Shown piece after piece: positions 19,611-29,714 of a stretch of DNA of 64,000 nt. The translations under genes and the position numbers were made by a program. This DNA is from Cyanobacteriota bacterium. GTDB lineage: Bacteria; Cyanobacteriota; Cyanobacteriia; Thermostichales; Thermostichaceae. Numbering within the stretch: position 1 is the first letter of the stretch; each line of letters starts with the position of its first letter. The notes under the pieces were generated by a model, which was given only the letters and a program-made list of their open reading frames with translations, ran no database searches and was not told where the DNA came from. The DNA lies in NCBI GenBank assembly GCA_033764955.1, contig JANRIL010000038.1:96001-160000 (forward strand). Reading direction: 5' to 3'.

Positions 19611-20093
19611 ATGGTCACTTTCTTGTGGATAACTTCACGCCAAGCAGGATGGGCGCGGTCATTCTGGCTGGGCATTTGCCTGATCCTTGTGGTTGGATGG
19701 ATGGCGCTCATGCCTGTCCATGCCCGTTCCTTCAGCCAGCAAACCCCTGAGATCCAGGTGGTGGAATTGGGATCCTTGGGTAATCAACTTCAGTTTTTCC
19801 CCCCACAACTCACCTTCAAAAGTGGTCATCTTTATAAACTGCAACTGAGCAATCCCAGCCAACTCAAGCATTATTTCACCGCTAAAGATTTTGCGGATGC
19901 CATCTGGACTCGCAAAGCAGAGGTAGCAGGAGTAGAAATTAAGGGGAAAATTAACAACCTTGAACTCAAACCAGGAGCCAAAGTTGAGTGGCAATTTATT
20001 CCCATTCAGGCAGGAAGATATCCATTGGTTTGCACCATTCCAGGACATGCGGAAGCAGGCATGATGGGTGAAATCATCGTTACAGACTCCTAA
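19611..20093 (+). CDS. Exported cupredoxin (blue-copper binding) protein
   Basis: Signal peptide; NPSQLKHYF; CTIPGHAEAGM type-1 Cu ligands. Confidence 0.85.
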   Translation: MVTFLWITSRQAGWARSFWLGICLILVVGWMALMPVHARSFSQQTPEIQVVELGSLGNQLQFFPPQLTFKSGHLYKLQLSNPSQLKHYFTAKDFADAIWTRKAEVAGVEIKGKINNLELKPGAKVEWQFIPIQAGRYPLVCTIPGHAEAGMMGEIIVTDS

Positions 20094-20237
20094 AATCCAC
20101 ACTTGCATACCTACTCCATAAAGACCTCCGGGAAACCGCATCCGCTTGTGGCTGAGGAGAGATAGGAGTAAGGCATGTTGTTCGCGTTAGCGTCTTTTCC
20201 TGCAAGGCGATGTTCGCGCAGCTTGGCATAGCCATAA

Positions 20238-20505
20238 CTATGGTCGTTTGTAAGATCTAGAGGCAATCAACAATAGCTCCAGATAGTCATGGAGAAAGAG
20301 GCTCGAATTGTTGTAGCTGCTTATATTGGAACCAGAACCAAAGAAAGTGCAAAAAGGTTATCGAAGAGACTGCCATAAGCTTGGAAAAATAATAGTAAGT
20401 TCTATGCCGATTTCTGCAAAACTTATCAAAAAGTTATAGTCATTCCAAATAGCACTGAGAGCGCAAGTATTGAGCACCAATGATAAGACTTTACGATTGC
20501 GAGGC
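20238..20505 (+). pseudogene. IS1-family transposase (InsB) remnant
   Basis: LWSFVRSRGNQQ*LQIVMEKEARIVVAAYIGTRTKESAKRLSKRLP*AWKNNSKFYADFCKTYQKVI then ...KTLRLR; two in-frame stops. Confidence 0.75.
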
Positions 20506-20897
20506 TGAGACAAGCCGATTCCTCCCTGGCATATTACAATTTGGACATGCCTCAATTTGTCTAACAGTTTCTCTCGGTAAATTCTTGGAATCTCTACCCA
20601 TTGCAGGATTAAACCAATTTCTTGCATTTCGCCAACGATCTAGATTAGGGATTTCTGACCCCTGCCATATCTTATTTCCACATGCATCAAATCCAACCTC
20701 AAAGATAGTGCCAGACCAGATACCTCTTACAAATGAGGAAAATGGTAAAGAGTATCGAGAAGTCCACATGCTTCCTCGGAAGAAAAAGATTCACCATTTA
20801 TTTTCTCGATTTTGCCAGCGTGGGTAATAGCAAATCCACCTGTGTCTTCTAGATTTTCCTTGAGATGCTTAAAATTTTCAACTTGATCAGGGGTCAT
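20491..20897 (-). pseudogene. Frameshifted fragment of a foreign protein
   Basis: MTPDQVENFKHLKENLEDTGGFAITHAGKIEKINGESFSSEEACGLLDTLYHF; frameshift near 20735; continues SFVRGIWSGTIFEVGFDACGNKIW. Confidence 0.55.
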
Positions 20898-20952
20898 TTT
20901 CTAGCCTCCCCAAGTCAACATATTTCTTCCTGCCCATGATCTCGTCCCATTT

Positions 20953-23784
20953 TTATCCATTGTTCATGAACATCATTAGAGCTAGTGAAAGCAATTGATG
21001 AGGACGAAAGGACAGAGGGATCCCTTGATCAGTACCATGTATATCCAGCAAAACATCCTCATTCAGATCAATCAGCCTGACCTGAAGCTTAGAGTTATAC
21101 CTCCAGGGGAAAGGATACGGAAGTAAGATGGACTGAGGTTGTTGACTACGATTAAATAGCCTAATGATAAGATGTCCCTGGGAGTTAATTTTATAGGCGG
21201 AAATCCCAATATTTTTATTCTCAATTTCCAGCAAAGAATATCCTACATAGTTCTCAACAAGATGAGCAGCCTGTTCGTATTGACCAAGCCAGACTTGTGC
21301 AGCTTTGAATGGAAACACAAACGGTTCTGCCTGCCCAGCCACTACTGGCAGTGGGGTATTTTCCGGTATAAACTGCCATGCATAATGAAATGTATAGGAT
21401 CCCTGGCATTGAGCATCTGGAGTCGGTAGGCTTGGCCCCGCTTGCACCCGACGAATCCGTCCCCCCTCACGGGAAATGACACCAACACAGCGAAGCAAAG
21501 TGAGGGCACAAAAGTCCTGATCTGGGATCCCAACGTTCAAACCTGGCATCCATTCATATTCATATAACCCCTGATGAGCAATTAAAACATGGCCATTATT
21601 TTCCGTTTTAGCCAATAACCATGTTTGACTAAATTGGGTTGAATAGGGTAGCTCTCCGGGATATTTTTGATAGCGATCCGGATAGTCTTCTGGTTGTAAA
21701 GTGATGGGTCGAAAACGCTCCTGGTTACCCCAATGGCTGCTGGCATGAATTTTTTCTGTACTTTTGTCTAGGGGGAGTAAAACTCGTAACCGATGATCTT
21801 TGCTTTGATTGTTAATCTCAGTGATAAACTCAATAAAGTCATTGGTTTCGCTCAGAATAACATCTGTTTTGATCTGAATGGGAGTAGATAGAGGTTGCCA
21901 AACTAGCTGCAAAGACAACTGAATTCGTAGTCTAGATCTACCAAATTCAATGAAAGATTGTATTTCCTCTGCTTGCTTTTTGCCAGTTGTTTGAGGAGGG
22001 ATGTGAGGATCTGAACTAAAACTATAGAGATCCCCCTTGTCAGGCTGGTCTTCAAAAATTAGGCCGTGATGCCAGGTTCGCCCAGTTAGTTTATGATAAA
22101 TCTTGAGGCTTCCGTTTAACTCCGCCTCAATCCGATAAGTTTGGTTTTCAATAAAATTCTTAGTAGTATTTTTTATAGGCGAAGAATGACTGAAGAGTAA
22201 AGGGATCCCCTGATCGGCTACTCTACGAAGAACGTAGAATCCTATACCAAGTGGTAATAAGTTTGCCACAAATGATAGCCCCCAAAGGGATCCCTGTATA
22301 TAAGTGAGATAGCGGGCATCAAAATGATCATCTGCTTTTTGGGTGATTGAGAACGGAATGGATTTTCCTGCTGGATCTATTAACTCAAAATATTCACTTT
22401 GAGAGGTATCCCTATCAATACCAGAGCTAGATTGCTGGTTAGATTCGGCTCTTGGCCACACAATCTCGATATCGACAAGCTGATTGAGAGCTTGTGGATG
22501 TGGATTAAAAACAGCAATGATGGATTGAAATGAATCCGTATAATTCATTAAACCTGCCCGTAAGGCAAGCTGTTGAAAGGCTTCTGAAATAACCGATTCC
22601 GCTATAGTTTGAGCCTGTCGAAAGTGATAGCGATTATCGTCATGGACACTATCTAAACTACATCCACAAATGTCATCATGGGGGTGGCACAGTAAAAGAT
22701 GCCTCCAGGCTAGATCTAAATGACTAACCCAAGGGATCCCTTGCTGATTTAGAGCCGCCACAAGGGGTTCTGCATACTTTTCTAGAAGTGCCTGAATGTG
22801 GTGATTATGAAGTTTGAGATCCATACGGGATGACCACACACCCGATAACACCGGATGATGAAGGTTTCCCACTAATTCACCTTGATATACAGACAAATCA
22901 GATGCCCTTTCTATCATTAAACTAACAGCTTTTTCATAGGAACCGTGAACAAGATTTAATGTCACAGGCAACTGATGATCTCCCCGTTCAGCTTGTGAAA
23001 GATTCTGATTTATCGGTCTTTTTTGAAGATCTCCAATCATACTTGGAATTGCCGCTTGAATAGGCATGTGATCTCCGCCATTGCATAAAAGGATGACTCC
23101 TGTTCGGCTATGTATGCTGAGTTGTTCTACTGCCTGTTGAAGTTGCTCGGCTGCCATCTCTAAATCGGGTGAAAAACCTCTAAATTGACCAAAGCGATGA
23201 GGCTGCCCCCAGCCCGATAGATTATCATAGCCACCTCGCAAATAAACGGCCAAAACACGACTGCCATCCGCAGATTCCCACCAAAATTCATTTCCTGCAC
23301 TCCTAAAAAGAGCTTCGGAAACTCCGCGCATAAAAATGAATGAGCGCAACCCAAATCCCTGCAAAATCTGAGGCATTACAGCAATATGTCCGAACGAGTC
23401 AGGCATATAGCCATCCTGACAGGATCCCCCTAATGATTTTACTAAACGGATCCCGCGCTGAATATTACGGATTAAGGCTTCTCCACTCACCAGAAACTCA
23501 TCGGGTAAAACAAAAAAAGGACCGATTTGCAAACGCCTCAGTTCCACCATCTTTTGAATATCCGACCATCTTTCGGGGCGAACCTCTCGATAGTCTTCCA
23601 AAATTATAGTTTGCCCATCCAGTGTGAATGAAGCAAAGTCGGGTTGTGTTTGTAAAATATCTAAAATATTGTCAATCAGAGCGATCAAATGCAATCGATA
23701 TCCCTCAAAAGGTAAATACCAGGCTCGATCCCAGTGGGTATGACTAACCAATACACCGTGCAACAACCGATCACGATTCTTCAC
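20953..23784 (-). CDS. Glycoside hydrolase family 38 (alpha-mannosidase / mannosylglycerate-hydrolase-like)
   Basis: SHTHWDRAW, LDGQTIILEDY, PDEFLVSGEALIRN, PDSFGH, HPHDDICGCS. Confidence 0.9.
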   Translation of the reverse strand: MKNRDRLLHGVLVSHTHWDRAWYLPFEGYRLHLIALIDNILDILQTQPDFASFTLDGQTIILEDYREVRPERWSDIQKMVELRRLQIGPFFVLPDEFLVSGEALIRNIQRGIRLVKSLGGSCQDGYMPDSFGHIAVMPQILQGFGLRSFIFMRGVSEALFRSAGNEFWWESADGSRVLAVYLRGGYDNLSGWGQPHRFGQFRGFSPDLEMAAEQLQQAVEQLSIHSRTGVILLCNGGDHMPIQAAIPSMIGDLQKRPINQNLSQAERGDHQLPVTLNLVHGSYEKAVSLMIERASDLSVYQGELVGNLHHPVLSGVWSSRMDLKLHNHHIQALLEKYAEPLVAALNQQGIPWVSHLDLAWRHLLLCHPHDDICGCSLDSVHDDNRYHFRQAQTIAESVISEAFQQLALRAGLMNYTDSFQSIIAVFNPHPQALNQLVDIEIVWPRAESNQQSSSGIDRDTSQSEYFELIDPAGKSIPFSITQKADDHFDARYLTYIQGSLWGLSFVANLLPLGIGFYVLRRVADQGIPLLFSHSSPIKNTTKNFIENQTYRIEAELNGSLKIYHKLTGRTWHHGLIFEDQPDKGDLYSFSSDPHIPPQTTGKKQAEEIQSFIEFGRSRLRIQLSLQLVWQPLSTPIQIKTDVILSETNDFIEFITEINNQSKDHRLRVLLPLDKSTEKIHASSHWGNQERFRPITLQPEDYPDRYQKYPGELPYSTQFSQTWLLAKTENNGHVLIAHQGLYEYEWMPGLNVGIPDQDFCALTLLRCVGVISREGGRIRRVQAGPSLPTPDAQCQGSYTFHYAWQFIPENTPLPVVAGQAEPFVFPFKAAQVWLGQYEQAAHLVENYVGYSLLEIENKNIGISAYKINSQGHLIIRLFNRSQQPQSILLPYPFPWRYNSKLQVRLIDLNEDVLLDIHGTDQGIPLSFRPHQLLSLALMMFMNNG

Positions 23785-23956
23785 TGTATTACTCTCTTCA
23801 ACAGATTAATAACTAAGCGTAGTCAATGTATCATGGAAATTTCTTCCTTAGTCATAAAGTTCTTAAGTTTTCAATAATCTCATTTTGAGACACTTCTGCT
23901 ACTCAATAGGACATTTAAGCTAATGCATTACCGAACTTCTAAAGTATACAAGAGGC

Positions 23957-24151
23957 TTAATTTTTATTTCGATATTGAGCATCTTTTATAAAAAGGCAAG
24001 ATCCTATTGTAAATAAGCAACAGCCCACCAGGTAGAATAAGGTACTAGGTGACCATTCAGCTCGGAGGCTAAGTCCTGCATCTAAAGTAAAGAGCAAACA
24101 GCCCAGTAAAAAAAGCCAGCTCCCGGTCAGATAAAAATTGCAATATTTCAT
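23957..24151 (-). CDS. Small two-TM protein (YrhK-like)
   Basis: YLTGSWLFLLGCLLF...YLVGCCLFTIGSCLF duplicated TM motif. Confidence 0.6.
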   Translation of the reverse strand: MKYCNFYLTGSWLFLLGCLLFTLDAGLSLRAEWSPSTLFYLVGCCLFTIGSCLFIKDAQYRNKN

Positions 24152-24251
24152 TAGATTGTTCTTCTGGATAGAGTTTCGCAACAAATGTACTCTATCATCA
24201 GTCTTGGCTGCTAAACTAGGTCGAGATGGCTAGACATTTCATCGAACGGCT

Positions 24252-24761
24252 ATGAATCTTACGACCTTACGAAAAATTTCCTTTGGCTTGTGCCTAACTC
24301 TGCTCCTTTTCCTTGCCAGTTGCTCAGCAAAGGCTCCTTCTCGTTTTGAGCAAGCTCAGCAAGATAGCACACAAAACAAAGTTAGTGCAGTTGCTCCAAA
24401 AGCTGAACAGGGTGGCCAATTCAACCCGTTCTTTCCACCCTCTCAATTTGGCTATGAGCGAGTTTTTGTTCAGGAAAAGCAAGGATTTGCCGAAGCCAAA
24501 CTAAAACGAGATGGCAAAGATGTAGCAATGCTATCCATTTCTGATACGATTAGCTTGCCTTCGGCAGCTCAGAAATATCAAGGTAGCGCAACATTTATTG
24601 CAGGTTATCCCACCCTAGAAATTGGTTCTACACAGACTGGTATTCTTGTGGCTGAACGATATCAAATCAAAGCTATTTCACGAGATCCTTCATTTGGTCA
24701 AGCTGAGCGCCAAGCTTGGATTCAGCGGTTCGATTTAGAGGGATTAGCTCAACTGAAATAA
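24252..24761 (+). CDS. Conserved cyanobacterial lipoprotein
   Basis: Lipobox LASC; PSRFEQAQQ, GGQFN.FFP, QEK.GFAEAKL. Confidence 0.75.
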   Translation: MNLTTLRKISFGLCLTLLLFLASCSAKAPSRFEQAQQDSTQNKVSAVAPKAEQGGQFNPFFPPSQFGYERVFVQEKQGFAEAKLKRDGKDVAMLSISDTISLPSAAQKYQGSATFIAGYPTLEIGSTQTGILVAERYQIKAISRDPSFGQAERQAWIQRFDLEGLAQLK

Positions 24762-24809
24762 GTTACTAATTTCAGATCTTTTATCAATCTAATACGGAAT
24801 AGGAGATGA

Positions 24810-25700
24810 TTGGTGAGTAAACCAATTTATGAGCTGGTGGATGAATTGCCTACAGGTGGTATCACGGTAATGGCACTTCGCTCCCTAGATTTTGTTATGC
24901 CTGGCGAATGGAAAAATCTGACTGGATTTACCCACACCATCCGAGTAATTACAGGCGAATCGGATGAATCACTTATTCAGAAAATTGGGGAAAGAGCCGT
25001 TTATTTGTATAACGATAAATCCCAAGGCTATCAACGGGCACTATGGCTATATCAAACGGTGGATAGTGCAGCCGGAGCTTTAGGTACGGCTGCGATGGCT
25101 AATCGAATTGGTCAAGATGTTTCGTTCTTAGGATTTTTGAGTCACCTCACCCCCAAACCTGAAAAAGCCCAAACTATTGATCTTTGTGTCAAGTTAGTAG
25201 TTGAGTTGGTAGCTTTCTGCCAGATTAACGGGATCCCTGGTGATAGCATTGGTGATTTTTTAGGAGCACTAGCAGATTATAGCGGCGAGTCATTGCTGCG
25301 AATGGCGGCGTTAGTTTGTTTTGACGGTGTTCTTCCCCTGGGGGCTGATTTTATCCTGAAGGGGCTATCTACTCTAGACAAATTAACTCCTGCTGAGTTG
25401 GAAGGCAATCAAACCTTTAAGGGGGTTAAATCCCTTATTCCAGGGGGCAACACTAAGGGGCAACTGGCCTTTATTCAACAAAGTTTTGATTCGACACAAA
25501 AATGGATGAGTGAATTGGTCAATGCTCACCAACTCACCTCCGAAAAAGTCAGTTCTCAACTCCAAAATTTCGTGGAAATCTCCAAAGACAAGTTAGATTA
25601 TTTGGGAGCCTTTTTAGATATAGCTGTTAAGTACTACACTCATACGGGCACACAAACCCTAGCTCGCCGACTGATTGAACGGGCTACTGCTGAAATTTAG
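24810..25700 (+). CDS. Conserved cyanobacterial hypothetical protein, probably co-transcribed with the upstream lipoprotein
   Basis: RBS AGGAG upstream; 296-aa helical ORF ending LARRLIERATAEI. Confidence 0.8.
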   Translation: MVSKPIYELVDELPTGGITVMALRSLDFVMPGEWKNLTGFTHTIRVITGESDESLIQKIGERAVYLYNDKSQGYQRALWLYQTVDSAAGALGTAAMANRIGQDVSFLGFLSHLTPKPEKAQTIDLCVKLVVELVAFCQINGIPGDSIGDFLGALADYSGESLLRMAALVCFDGVLPLGADFILKGLSTLDKLTPAELEGNQTFKGVKSLIPGGNTKGQLAFIQQSFDSTQKWMSELVNAHQLTSEKVSSQLQNFVEISKDKLDYLGAFLDIAVKYYTHTGTQTLARRLIERATAEI

Positions 25701-25735
25701 GCAAGATGTAAGATGTAGCTCTTTCGTCATTTACC

Positions 25736-26846
25736 TACAGCACCCCTAAAAGAATCATAAGATATTTTATAATATCTAGACCGAGACAATAAAGAAGATA
25801 TGAAGCTAATTGAGGAACTCGCTCAGTTTATCGCCAGCAACCCAGACCCACGGGAGTTAAAACGCGCCTTGGCTATCAAAATGACTTTACAAGGCTATAC
25901 TCATGCCGAGATCATGAACTTACTCCAGGTCTCATCAGGGTTTATTAGCAAATGGAAGCTCATCTTTATTGATAAAGGATTACCAGGACTCACTTTGGGT
26001 TATCGAGGATTGAAGCCCTATCTTTCGGCTGAACAAAGACAGAGTGTGATTGAGTGGATTAAACAACAAAAGAACTGTAACCCTTCTCTACTTGAACACT
26101 ATATTGATCAAGCGTATGAAGTCACCTTTGCTTCTAGCCAAAGTTACTATACTTTACTTCACGAAGCTGGATTGAGTTGGAAGAAAGTCCAAAAGACTAA
26201 TCCTCAAAAGGATCTAGAAGCCGTCACCTCAAAAAAAAAGAGATTAGCCAAAAGTTAGGGGAATGGAAAAAGCTGATGGAATCCGGAAAACTAACGGTTT
26301 TTATGGTTGATGAGTGCCATCTATTATGGGGAGATATTTATGGATATGGCTGGGGGAAAACAGAACAAAGATTAGAGACATCAGTCAAAAGCTTCCGTGA
26401 GAAACAAAGCTATTTTGGTGCTCTTGATTACGAAAGACGAGAATTTCTACTTCAGGCATTTTGTAGTGCGGACTCAGAATCGACCGTAGCTTTTATTGAA
26501 TACTTGAGAGCACAGAGGCCTGGACAGCGAATAGTCATTATTTGGGATGGAGTTAGCTATCATCGGTCTCAAGTCATCAGAGACTATCTCCAAAAGATCA
26601 ATGCAGGGTTGGAAGCTAATGAATGGGCTGTAACTTGTCTATTGTTTTCTCCGTATGCACCTGAGCAAAATCCGGTAGAAGATATTTGGTTGCAAGGAAA
26701 GCGATTTATCCGTTGGTTTTACCATACTTGTCGATCCTTTAAGGTCGTTAAGCATCTCTTTGAATGGATCTTACATCATCAGATATTTGATTTCCCTAAG
26801 CTCTATGAGTATTGGCTTCCCTCTTAAGTCTTTTAGCTTTGCTGTA
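25736..26846 (+). mobile_element. IS630-family insertion sequence
   Basis: Imperfect terminal IRs TACAGCACCCCTAAAAGAAT / reverse complement of AGTCTTTTAGCTTTGCTGTA, with flanking TA; encloses the split transposase. Confidence 0.88.
25800..26827 (+). CDS. IS630 transposase (HTH orfA 25800-26258 plus DDE orfB 26276-26827, joined by a probable -1 frameshift)
   Basis: A9G run at 26231-26240; orfB is in the -1 frame; catalytic VDE, IWDG..YH and PEQNPVE. Confidence 0.88.
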
Positions 26847-26892
26847 GTACATCAATAGATGGTAGTCCTATTGACATAATGGCTATGAAACA

Positions 26893-27234
26893 TTAGGTTG
26901 TGGGTTCATTTACCTGAGAGGATTGAACCTTGAGGCGGTTGCTTACCCGCTCTTGCAGACGTTTTTCCATACGATTTTCTAACCGAGTCAGGGCAACGGC
27001 ACCCGCCACAACCCCCAGTTGCAGAGCCAAACTGGGTAAAGAAACATCGAGTTCCCGTCCTGCCAAAACCCTCATTAAAAAAACGGCTCCCCCCAACGCT
27101 CCTGAGGCTCCTACCGCCAGATAAATAAACTTGCGTAACCCACGATAGGGAGAGGCTAACTCACTCATCAAGCGAACTCGATCCTGCGACGACAATTTTG
27201 GATCCCCTGAGGATTGGGGTGGAGAGTTAGGCAT
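26893..27234 (-). CDS. DUF3493 (LPA1-like) protein
   Basis: RL.SELASPYRGLRKFIY.A.GASG. Confidence 0.8.
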   Translation of the reverse strand: MPNSPPQSSGDPKLSSQDRVRLMSELASPYRGLRKFIYLAVGASGALGGAVFLMRVLAGRELDVSLPSLALQLGVVAGAVALTRLENRMEKRLQERVSNRLKVQSSQVNEPTT

Positions 27235-27292
27235 CACGAAATCACCTAAAGTCAATAGATTGTATGGATCCCTATTCTCCTACATCAGGGTT

Positions 27293-28675
27293 TCAGGCAT
27301 CCAAAATCAGTGATGAAGACTTGGGTTTGGCTAAACATAATAAAATACACCCTGGATCCGGATCCCCTGTGGGCGGCTGCTCATAAACCACTTCTCCCAT
27401 CTGAAGGGGGCACATACAGGTGAGGCAAATACCCGCTCGACACCCAAAAGGATGATCTAGGTGATGCGCTTCGGCAAACTCTAAAAGATTGGCGTATGCT
27501 GGATCCCAGGTTAAGGTTTGTCTCGAACGAGCGAAGGTAATCTGTGAGGTTGAGGGGGAGATATCCTGTTCAGAATTGAGTCCGATAGACCTAGTAGGAC
27601 GAGGTTTGCTAAAGGATTCAAAATGCATACGAGCATCGGGGATCCCACGAATTTTGAGACCAGCTCGAATAGACTCCATAAAAGTGGGGGATCCACATAG
27701 AAAATACTCTGCTTGATCAGCATCCGATAACCGTCTCAATTCCGGATCTACGACCTGGTGAATAAATTCAATATCCACATATCCTGAACTGTGGAAATTA
27801 CCTTCATCTTCCGGTTGGGGCTGACTATAGCGAATCAATAGGCGCAGGTGAGGGTTTTGGAGAGCAAGGTTATTCATTTCTTGGTGAAAAGCATGATTCT
27901 CGCCATTCCTCGCCCCATGCAAGAACCAAATGGGTCGGTTGGGCTGGTGGATAGAACTGGCTTTTGCCATGCTAATCATTGGTGTGATGCCAACACCGTT
28001 GCTAATTAAAATAATGGGGCTGGATGCTGTTAAATCTAAGACAAATTTACCACTGGGTGGCTTAATCAACAAATGAGAACCTTCCCCCATATGATCATGT
28101 AAAAAATTCGAGGCAATTCCGGCGGGAAAATCGGATCCCTGCGGAGATAGCTCCCGTTTGATAGACAGCCGATAGTAGTCGGTAGTAGCCGAATAATCTG
28201 ATAACGAATACGTCCGAATAATTGGTTTTTCTTGGCCAGGAATATCCAGTTGAAGCGTCAAAAATTGTCCCGGTTGAAAGGGAGGAAGACTTCCCTGATC
28301 GGTAGGTTTAAGATAAAAAGAGGTGATGCCTACACTCTCAGAGACCTTACGAACCACAACAAATTCTCGCCAATTTTTCCAGGGATCCTTTTTTTCTTCA
28401 GAAAGTGAGGATAACTCATTCTGCTGATGGGAAGCCGATGCGGGATCCATCTTTGATGAGATAGGGGATAATCTGGCTTGCAATAACCCATACCCTGCCC
28501 CTATGACGGCACTTGCTAGGGAAGCATAAACAACAGTGCGATAGGCATTGGCAGACTCAAGTTTACCCACTGTCAAGCCTAATCCGGCTATCAAAGTTAT
28601 GGAAGCACTCCATAAACCCGCCGTCGCTAAACTTCGCCATAGCGGCTGACTCATCGCAAATAATGGAGTGGGCAT
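27293..28675 (-). CDS. Membrane-anchored FAD/NAD(P)H oxidoreductase with C-terminal 2Fe-2S domain
   Basis: Two N-terminal TMs; RTYSL, GVGITPM, LCGS..F, CRAGICLTC...LLC. Confidence 0.88.
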   Translation of the reverse strand: MPTPLFAMSQPLWRSLATAGLWSASITLIAGLGLTVGKLESANAYRTVVYASLASAVIGAGYGLLQARLSPISSKMDPASASHQQNELSSLSEEKKDPWKNWREFVVVRKVSESVGITSFYLKPTDQGSLPPFQPGQFLTLQLDIPGQEKPIIRTYSLSDYSATTDYYRLSIKRELSPQGSDFPAGIASNFLHDHMGEGSHLLIKPPSGKFVLDLTASSPIILISNGVGITPMISMAKASSIHQPNRPIWFLHGARNGENHAFHQEMNNLALQNPHLRLLIRYSQPQPEDEGNFHSSGYVDIEFIHQVVDPELRRLSDADQAEYFLCGSPTFMESIRAGLKIRGIPDARMHFESFSKPRPTRSIGLNSEQDISPSTSQITFARSRQTLTWDPAYANLLEFAEAHHLDHPFGCRAGICLTCMCPLQMGEVVYEQPPTGDPDPGCILLCLAKPKSSSLILDA

Positions 28676-28746
28676 AATCGGGATCCCTTTCTATTTTTAG
28701 ATTTGTTTTCGATGTGATCTATGTGATCTATATGATCGCTAGGTTT

Positions 28747-29505
28747 TCAGAAATTCCTGGTCGAAATACTCCAGCCTGTTGAGGTAGGAAGTGAGCTTTG
28801 GATTGTGCCACAAGTTTTTTGCACATAATCGCACTGATAAATATAGGGTTCTTGCCAAGCTAGAGGAATTTCTAATAAATCGCGTACTCCCGTTAATCCC
28901 TGCATAATGAACAGGAATAAAGCTATGGAATTAGCAGCAATATGAACTCTTCGCCAAGTTTGTGATTTATCTTGATAGATTTCTGGTAGAATCGCCATCG
29001 AAAAAATCATCAGAAGTGTGGCCGTGATTCCCGAATAAAAATGAGACACATACCACTCGGAATCTCGATGAAAAACACCGTCCTGCCATCCCAAAATTAA
29101 AACTCCGGCGGCGGTGAGCACGGCTAAAAAATAACGCCAACCTCGTTGAATCGGTTTAGCCCTATTCAAAAATAATAGGGAGAGCAAGGTTAACCCATAG
29201 ACAAGTCCAACAAATATGACCTGATAAGGGCTACTCGACCATATATTTTCATGAATAATATGTTTGATGATGGGATGAGCAAACCCTAACAAACATAACC
29301 CAACCACCCCATTGGTAAGCATCCGCCCCAAACGCACGTGATCAGCCCCTACCTGGGGGGGGATTTTACTTTTAGCCCCGACCAGAGCTTCTAGGCGACG
29401 TTGACGAGTTTGCCAAGCAAAATAACTGACGATTCCAATTAGAGGCAATACAACGGTAGCTGCCAAAGCAGGATGAGTTAAACGCAACAGATCTGTCAGT
29501 TCCAT
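28747..29505 (-). CDS. DUF4079 family membrane protein
   Basis: HPALA...RQRR...HVRLGR...SHFY.G...WRRVH...QGLTGVRDL. Confidence 0.8.
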   Translation of the reverse strand: MELTDLLRLTHPALAATVVLPLIGIVSYFAWQTRQRRLEALVGAKSKIPPQVGADHVRLGRMLTNGVVGLCLLGFAHPIIKHIIHENIWSSSPYQVIFVGLVYGLTLLSLLFLNRAKPIQRGWRYFLAVLTAAGVLILGWQDGVFHRDSEWYVSHFYSGITATLLMIFSMAILPEIYQDKSQTWRRVHIAANSIALFLFIMQGLTGVRDLLEIPLAWQEPYIYQCDYVQKTCGTIQSSLPTSTGWSISTRNF

Positions 29506-29714
29506 AATGCTCCTCCTGAGCTAAGATCCCGAGCTAAAAGCTCTACAGGCATTGAGACCATTTCGCTATGAACTATAGCCCGTGATCCATTCGCTAGGAT
29601 CTAAATGTAGGTCAGTGTAGCAAAAACTTTTCTCTCAAGCAGTAGAAAAAACACCTCATGCTTGCCCACCATTTGATTCCTCTGACGACCATATAGTTAA
29701 GCTTTCCTAAAGAC

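Noticed and set aside
28712..28738. ATGTGATCT x3 short tandem repeat
   Set aside because: Too short and degenerate to assign a function
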